Positions 41,079 through 46,815 of a stretch of DNA of 46,815 nucleotides are shown here, piece by piece. Numbering within the stretch: the first letter of the stretch is position 1; the number at the start of each line of letters is the position of its first letter. Made by a program: the position numbers and the translations under genes. The DNA is from Bdellovibrionia bacterium (lineage in GTDB: Bacteria; Bdellovibrionota; UBA1018): NCBI GenBank assembly GCA_049424145.1, contig JBMSSC010000006.1, positions 1 to 46,815 on the forward strand, given 5' to 3'. Under the pieces are notes generated by a model. The model worked only from the letters and a program-made list of their open reading frames with translations, did no database searches and was not told the origin of the DNA.

Positions 41079-41247
41079 GTGAACAGCTCTCCAGTTTGAA
41101 GCGCCAGAGCTTCCTGGGGAATGAGCTCGATTCGGGTTTTTTAGAGCCTGCGATCCTAGGAAAAAATCCATCTTCATATCGCCTTATCCTGCCCTTCGCC
41201 CGCGCTTTCTCATGTGCTGTGGATGACGTTTTGAGACACTGATCATC
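41079..41247 (-). repeat. Dispersed structured repeat, copy D (5'-truncated, diverged)
   Basis: Reverse complement shares CAGTGTCTCAAAACGTCA and GAGCTGTTCACT exactly with copy C. Confidence 0.8.
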
Positions 41248-41251
41248 CGGG

Positions 41252-41288
41252 AAAGCCCTCCCCTCAACTAAAAGGGAGGGGCTTTTTT
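41252..41288 (+). terminator. Terminator-like hairpin at the edge of copy D
   Basis: AAAGCCCTCCCCT...AGGGAGGGGCTTT followed by T run. Confidence 0.55.
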
Positions 41289-41777
41289 ACTAAAAAAATT
41301 GGGATCAATTTTTGGACAGGTTCAAATCATCATTTTCAATGGGATCAGCTTTTTATTTTCTTGGTCTCAAATTAAGTCTGAACGGGTCCCAAAATTCATA
41401 ACAATACCTTTTTAGGTGATATCCTGTTCCCTTCTTTCAGATTAGCCAGATCTTAAAAAGTCATATTTATGGTATTGAAAAGACAGTTAATTAATTAAAT
41501 AAATTAAAATAAAATCATCATTTTTAAATGAACCATAAGGCATTTCAAGTAGCGATTTCTAGGTTTTTTTGGAACTTCGTTAAGTTCTCTTAGAGAGTCT
41601 CGTCATTTTAAAGAAAAGTTCAGGGGAAGAGTGGGTTAAAAAGGTGAATGGAGGCTGAGTGCGCAGGATGTTGCTCGGGAGGTTCTAAATTAAAAAATGA
41701 ATAATAAGTATTGATATTTTATTATTGTGGACTTTTTTTGTGTGTGTTATCACTCCCGCCTGGAGCTTTAATTACAA

Positions 41778-43064
41778 ATGGTACTGAATAGTCTTAATCT
41801 GGTCTCGGGTCGGTTTCAATTTCAATTTCCGTTTCTTTGCATTGCTTGGGTGTTCTGTTCATGCGGTGGACCTCAGGGTTCTCAAAAGACGAACACGGAA
41901 GCAGTGCCTGTCAGTCGGGTGACTCAACCTCTTCGGCCAGAGAGAGTAAGGCCTGAACAGCGCGGAGCGGTCGAACCTTCTCAGAATCTTCTTGAAGACG
42001 CGCATTCGAGCTTTGATTTTAGTGACTCTAGCTCATCGATCGAGTCCTTCGTTTTAAGAAGTGATCGCAGTGACTCCAGCAGTGCTCGCACTTGGCTTGT
42101 TCTCTCCGATGATGATGGGGCTTTTGAGAGTGCCGCGGGCTCTTTATGGGCTGACTCACAACGGAGCAGTCATTTTGGGGATTCCTTGAGTCAGGATCCA
42201 GTGGATCAGTCGGATCTCAAGCTGAATTGGGGCTTTACCATTCCTACAGAAGGGCAGAACTACTTTGGGGTTTATAAGACCCACCAAAAGTGGGAGAGCC
42301 AGGATTTGGAAGAAGCTTTAAGGCTCGGAGTTGAAGCTAAAAATCCAGAACCTGCTTCAGAGGGTGGCCTGAAATCTGAGGTTCCTGAGTTCGACACCGC
42401 ATCATCGCAGCAAAGTGGGTTTGAGCTTTGGTTTCATGGATCTCAGCCCGAGGATTTCGCGGACGTGCGTTCTTCCGGATGTCGCTTTATCCCTTCGTTT
42501 GATCCCCATTCAGCCTCAGAGAGTGACTCCCGTTTTCAATCTCAAAGGGGACGCCTGGAGGTTCAGTTTCAAATTCTGAACCCCGAAGAAGGGTTTCTAG
42601 GCCGTGCTTGGGAGGCGGGAGCGGGGTTTTTAAAGCAGTACTTGCCGGAGGTTGCTCAGCCTGTATCCGTCATCAGCCCCTTGGGTCGGGTTCTGACCAG
42701 GAATTCTCGGTTTAGACCAAAAAAGACTCACGAGTTTAGCCTCAGTCTTCCTGAAGTGGATTGGTCCCAATCCAGATGGGAAGTTCCTTCATCGCCTTTT
42801 TGGAGCGAACCTGAGCAGACTGTGAGGATTCGTCATGGGGAGCAGGTGTTTCAGACCTCACGCGATGGATCAGGTGTGTTGGAGCAGTGCAACTTAGAGA
42901 TGAAGCTGAATTCTACTCAAAGCTTTCTTCAGGGAGCTTTACATTGTTTGGATCGCACGCCGCATCACGATTTTAGTGCCGGTTTAAAAGGAGATCAGGA
43001 CTCTCGAGGTTTTTATGTTCTGTTTGGTTGTTCAGTAGGTCTCGCGAGTCAGCCTAAGTTTTAA
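41778..43064 (+). CDS. Hypothetical lipoprotein with Ser/Asp-rich region
   Basis: 428-aa ORF, FCSC-GG lipobox-like motif; no recognised domain. Confidence 0.6.
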   Translation: MVLNSLNLVSGRFQFQFPFLCIAWVFCSCGGPQGSQKTNTEAVPVSRVTQPLRPERVRPEQRGAVEPSQNLLEDAHSSFDFSDSSSSIESFVLRSDRSDSSSARTWLVLSDDDGAFESAAGSLWADSQRSSHFGDSLSQDPVDQSDLKLNWGFTIPTEGQNYFGVYKTHQKWESQDLEEALRLGVEAKNPEPASEGGLKSEVPEFDTASSQQSGFELWFHGSQPEDFADVRSSGCRFIPSFDPHSASESDSRFQSQRGRLEVQFQILNPEEGFLGRAWEAGAGFLKQYLPEVAQPVSVISPLGRVLTRNSRFRPKKTHEFSLSLPEVDWSQSRWEVPSSPFWSEPEQTVRIRHGEQVFQTSRDGSGVLEQCNLEMKLNSTQSFLQGALHCLDRTPHHDFSAGLKGDQDSRGFYVLFGCSVGLASQPKF

Positions 43065-43154
43065 TTTTTTTTCAATCGAGCTGAGAAAAATTTCTAGCTG
43101 AGTTTTTGTTTTTTTTTGAGAATTGAGGTAAAAATTGGTTTCAAGGGGGAAGTC

Positions 43155-44756
43155 ATGCGACTCAATTCAAAATGGATTAAGACACTTTTGTTTGGGCTGT
43201 TTTATGGGGTTGTTTTTTCATTCAACGCTCACGCCCGAGTACTGGTGCCGGAGAAGAAGGCCACTCAGAGCGTAGGATTAATTGTCATTCAGGGAGCTCT
43301 CACGCCGGTGGACGCCTATGAGAGGCTGGCTCGTGAGATTCAAAAACACTCCTCTCAGGAGGTTTGGGTTTCATTGATTCAGTTCCCCCTGAACATGCCG
43401 AATCCACTGGTTTACGCAAGTGTGACGGATCAGGCGCGCAATGAGCTTCTTGCTGCTGGTCTTCAGGATCCGGTCTTTTATATCTTAGGGCACTCCTTAG
43501 GAGGGATTGTTGCGCAATCTCAGGATGTGAATTTACGTGGAGGGCGAGAAGCAGAAAACGCCGGGGTTAGTCCGCCTCGAACTCATGGGATGATCCTATT
43601 GAATTCCTACACGACTCGGCAGAATCAGTTTTTGCTCACTCAGTTGCCGGTTTTGACTCTGGGTGGGGAGTTAGATGGGTTAACTCGAATTGGTCGGCTA
43701 GCTGAGGCTTACAGTCGCCAGATCGATCGCTCCAGAGACCTGGCCGTCGCTGAGGTGAGATCTCCGGTGATTGTGATTCCCGGATTAAATCATCATGTGT
43801 TTCTTCAAGGATCCCCTTCGGATTTTTTAATGAAGCGAGACTTTAAGAGTCTGCTCACCGCAGATCAGGCTAACACTCAGTTAGCTCAAGTGATTGGTGC
43901 GTTTTTAGATGCCAACCTGAGCTCCTCGCCTTCGTCAAAAAAAGTGCTCCAGGAGTATCGAGCCGTCACCGAAACACTCGTGAGACCCTTGATTGATGCG
44001 ATGTGGCTTGAGGGGTCTTATCACTTACTGCCCCCATGCACGGCTCGAGTTCCCAATGGAGTGGATCAGAATCATTGTCAAAAGGGTTCTAAGTGGGCAG
44101 AGTACGCTTCCACTGTGATGGCTGGAGAGATTCCCCACGTCACGTTTGAAGTGGAAAACGTGTTTCATGAGTCCTATCGAGTTTTTCCGTTCTTCCATCC
44201 GCATATTTTAAATCAGTGCACTCCGGGAGTGGATTGCGTCATGAAGCTGACTAATGTGGTCCAAAACATTTATGCTTCAGAAGATGATCGTTTTGATGAT
44301 GCTCGTGGACCGGTGGCTGCCGTGGAGATGCGCTTGAAGATGAAATCCCGTCAGTCGACGTCTCAAGCGGCAGGGTTAGGGGTGTTGGATTTTCATGTGA
44401 CCGATGAGTGGGATGTGTGTGCTGAGATTAATCGGCAGGCACTAGCCTGGGCAGAGGCTCATGCTCCAAGCTCGGTCTTACAGCGGTATCGCCAGTATGG
44501 GCTTCCCATTGTCATGGGGCCTGATCAGCCGGAAAATGGGGGTCCAGGGTTTATCTGGAAGCCCATTCAGAAAGAAGTCATCACTCAGCCAGGGGGGCAA
44601 AAGGCCCTTCAAATCAGTGTGCCCACCATGCGCACTCCCGTGGATTTTGATTTTGTGCCGGAGTCTGCAGGTTATCACTACTGTCGATTGATGTCGCCCG
44701 CTTGGTTTATGGAGTGGATCTATACGGATGGGCTGCGCGCCTCTGAGCTTCAGTAG
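43155..44756 (+). CDS. Secreted alpha/beta hydrolase with Cys-containing C-terminal extension
   Basis: Signal peptide (AHA), GHSLGG nucleophile, GELDG Asp, NH His; ATG 43155 after AAGGGGG. Confidence 0.8.
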   Translation: MRLNSKWIKTLLFGLFYGVVFSFNAHARVLVPEKKATQSVGLIVIQGALTPVDAYERLAREIQKHSSQEVWVSLIQFPLNMPNPLVYASVTDQARNELLAAGLQDPVFYILGHSLGGIVAQSQDVNLRGGREAENAGVSPPRTHGMILLNSYTTRQNQFLLTQLPVLTLGGELDGLTRIGRLAEAYSRQIDRSRDLAVAEVRSPVIVIPGLNHHVFLQGSPSDFLMKRDFKSLLTADQANTQLAQVIGAFLDANLSSSPSSKKVLQEYRAVTETLVRPLIDAMWLEGSYHLLPPCTARVPNGVDQNHCQKGSKWAEYASTVMAGEIPHVTFEVENVFHESYRVFPFFHPHILNQCTPGVDCVMKLTNVVQNIYASEDDRFDDARGPVAAVEMRLKMKSRQSTSQAAGLGVLDFHVTDEWDVCAEINRQALAWAEAHAPSSVLQRYRQYGLPIVMGPDQPENGGPGFIWKPIQKEVITQPGGQKALQISVPTMRTPVDFDFVPESAGYHYCRLMSPAWFMEWIYTDGLRASELQ

Positions 44757-44864
44757 GCCAAATAGGGTTCCTTCAGCTCAGGCAAAGCGTGAGGCGCTGA
44801 GAGAGAATTTGCGATCAGTCGAGTGATCTGCTAGCATTGGCGGTTAGTAAAAAGAGAGAATCCT

Positions 44865-46736
44865 ATGCAGAACGCTTCTGAATTAGAAACTGAACATTCG
44901 ACCCTTCCACAGTCCTCCACGCTGACGCCTGATCAGCAGCGGTTGTATCGGATTCGCCATAGCTTAGCCCATGTTTTAGCTCAGGCGGTGCTTGAGCTAA
45001 GGCCCGGCTCCAAGCTCGGTTTTGGTCCCCCGATTGAGGATGGGTTTTACTACGATTTCATTCTCTCAAGCCCGTTGACTGAAGAGGATTTTCCCGAAAT
45101 TGAAAAAAAGATGAAGCATCTCATCAAGCAGCAGCACCGCTTTGTGAGACACGAGCTGCCCAAGGCCGAAGCGCTCTTAAAGCTTGATCAAATGGGTGAG
45201 CCCTACAAGCGGGAGTATGCCGAAGAGCTTTTTGAAAAGAAGTCGTTATCGGGGTTAAGCTTCTATCAGTCCGGCTCCTTTGTGGACATGTGGGAGGGGC
45301 CTCACGTCGAGCACACGGCTCAAATTCCTGGAGATTGCTTTAAGTTAAGGAGCCTAGCAGGAGCCTATTGGCGCGGGAACTCCAAAAACTCGATGATGAC
45401 TCGGATCTATGCCTGGGCGTTTAGCAGCAAAGAAGAGCTGCAGGCCCATGTGAAGGCCTATCAAGAGGCCTTAGAGCGGGATCATAAGAAATTGGGGAAA
45501 GAACTGGATCTATTTGCCTTTGATGACGACATTGGAAAAGGCCTTCCTCTATGGTTGCCTCACGGCACGGTGATCCGCGATGAGCTTGAAAAGTTAATGC
45601 GCGAGCTTGAGTTTCAAGGCGGGTACCAACGAGTGGTGACCCCCCATTTGGCCAAAGCCTCCCTGTATTACCGCACGGGTCACCTGCCCTATTATGCCAC
45701 TCACATGTTTCCCATGATGGAAGTTAAAGAGGTTCAGGAGGGCTCCGACGGAAAAACTCAGGAGAGTAAAGAGACCTATTGCTTAAGGCCCATGAACTGC
45801 CCCCACCATCACAAGGTGTTTGCCGCCCGTATGAGATCGTATCGGGATCTTCCAATGAGACTGGCAGAGTATGGTCAACTTTATCGCTTTGAAGACTCAG
45901 GAGCACTCTCAGGACTCCTGCGCGTTCGGGGAATGTGCATGAATGATGCTCACATTTATTGCACTGAAGAGCAGATCAAAAGTGAGTTTTTAGACGTCAT
46001 GGAGATGGTCAGAAAAGTCTACGAGATTCTCGGGATTAAGGACTACTACATGCGCTTTTCCACTTGGGATCCTGAGGATCCCAAGGGCAAGGAGAAGTTT
46101 CTTAATAATCCTCAGGCTTGGGAGTTTTCTCAGAAAAAAGTGTTAGAAGCGATCTTGGAATCTGGCCTCCCTTATGTGGTCGGCAAGGGAGAGGCTGCGT
46201 TCTATGGTCCAAAGCTCGATTTTCAGTTTAAAACGGTAACCGGACGCGAAGAAACCGCATCGACGTCTCAATTGGACTTCGGAGTGCCTGAGCGCTTGGG
46301 GATCACCTACACGGGCTCTGATAATCAAGAGCACTTCCCCTACGTGATTCACCGGGCGCCCTTAGGCACTCATGAGCGCTTTGTGGCGTTTATGATTGAG
46401 CACTTTGGCGGAGCATTTCCCACGTGGCTTGCTCCAGTTCAAGTGCGGCTGATTCCCGTTTCGCAGAACTTCAATGAGTATGCGAAGAAAATCCTCAGGC
46501 AGCTTAGGCTCCAAGGGGTTCGAGCTGAAGTGGATGAATCCAACGACACGATGGGCAAGAAGGTCCGAAACGCGCTCAAGCAAAAGATTCCAAATCTTTT
46601 AGTCCTAGGCGAGCGGGAGCAGGTGGACGGAACGGTTACTCTCAGGCGTTACGGGCAGGAGAAACAAGAGACCTTGAGTGTGGAAGCGTTTGAGGGTTGG
46701 ATTCAACAGAAAATCCGCACGCGCTCACGCGATTAG
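44865..46736 (+). CDS. thrS: Threonyl-tRNA synthetase
   Basis: RHSLAH, AGAYWRG, RPMNCPHH, GLLRVRG, AAFYGPK, IHRA, anticodon-binding domain; lacks N-terminal TGS domain. Confidence 0.97.
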   Translation: MQNASELETEHSTLPQSSTLTPDQQRLYRIRHSLAHVLAQAVLELRPGSKLGFGPPIEDGFYYDFILSSPLTEEDFPEIEKKMKHLIKQQHRFVRHELPKAEALLKLDQMGEPYKREYAEELFEKKSLSGLSFYQSGSFVDMWEGPHVEHTAQIPGDCFKLRSLAGAYWRGNSKNSMMTRIYAWAFSSKEELQAHVKAYQEALERDHKKLGKELDLFAFDDDIGKGLPLWLPHGTVIRDELEKLMRELEFQGGYQRVVTPHLAKASLYYRTGHLPYYATHMFPMMEVKEVQEGSDGKTQESKETYCLRPMNCPHHHKVFAARMRSYRDLPMRLAEYGQLYRFEDSGALSGLLRVRGMCMNDAHIYCTEEQIKSEFLDVMEMVRKVYEILGIKDYYMRFSTWDPEDPKGKEKFLNNPQAWEFSQKKVLEAILESGLPYVVGKGEAAFYGPKLDFQFKTVTGREETASTSQLDFGVPERLGITYTGSDNQEHFPYVIHRAPLGTHERFVAFMIEHFGGAFPTWLAPVQVRLIPVSQNFNEYAKKILRQLRLQGVRAEVDESNDTMGKKVRNALKQKIPNLLVLGEREQVDGTVTLRRYGQEKQETLSVEAFEGWIQQKIRTRSRD

Positions 46737-46762
46737 GAAACTGGGCTCGGGTTTTCAGCCCC

Positions 46763-46815
46763 TTGACGTCCTCCCCGCCCTAAAGGGCCAAGCCGCTTGC
46801 GCGGGGGGATTCCCT
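46763..46815 (-). mobile_element. Right end of a second IS200/IS605-family TnpB element, truncated by the window edge
   Basis: Reverse complement reads GGGAATCCCCCC...GCCCTTTAGGGCGGGGAGGACGTCAA, typical IS605/IS1341 right-end hairpin plus TCAA. Confidence 0.7.

Noticed and set aside
44757..44864. thrS operator or T-box leader
   Set aside because: Only small hairpins; no T-box consensus and no convincing anticodon-loop mimic.

Overview
A bacterial chromosomal contig. Gene content (GYF_2, PilZ, RCC1-repeat lipoprotein, sigma54 two-component module, HAMP-PP2C) suggests a Bdellovibrionota/Oligoflexia-like or other deltaproteobacterial host; this is an inference. It carries housekeeping genes (hutG, glpK, radA, ligA, gapN-like dehydrogenase, DEAD-box helicase, tex, ABC-F ATPase, thrS), three tRNAs (Arg-ACG, Ser-CGA, Ser-GCT) and AT-rich accessory islets. 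Both window ends are IS200/IS605 (TnpB)-type right-end sequences. The most striking signal is non-coding. A ~580-nt highly structured element with GNRA-capped hairpins and a predicted H-type pseudoknot fills the space upstream of tex. Three further diverged, truncated copies lie elsewhere in the window and show compensatory base changes. Two copies sit ~200 nt from tRNA-Ser genes, and two bracket an RCC1-repeat gene in inverted orientation. It is a candidate large, dispersed, possibly mobile structured RNA that I cannot assign to a family I recognise. Also notable: a ~180-nt 6S-like hairpin RNA, a stand-alone FliF-C-terminus-like protein facing a PilZ gene, and a ThrRS with Trp in place of the editing-site Cys. 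All calls are by eye; no database searches were run.
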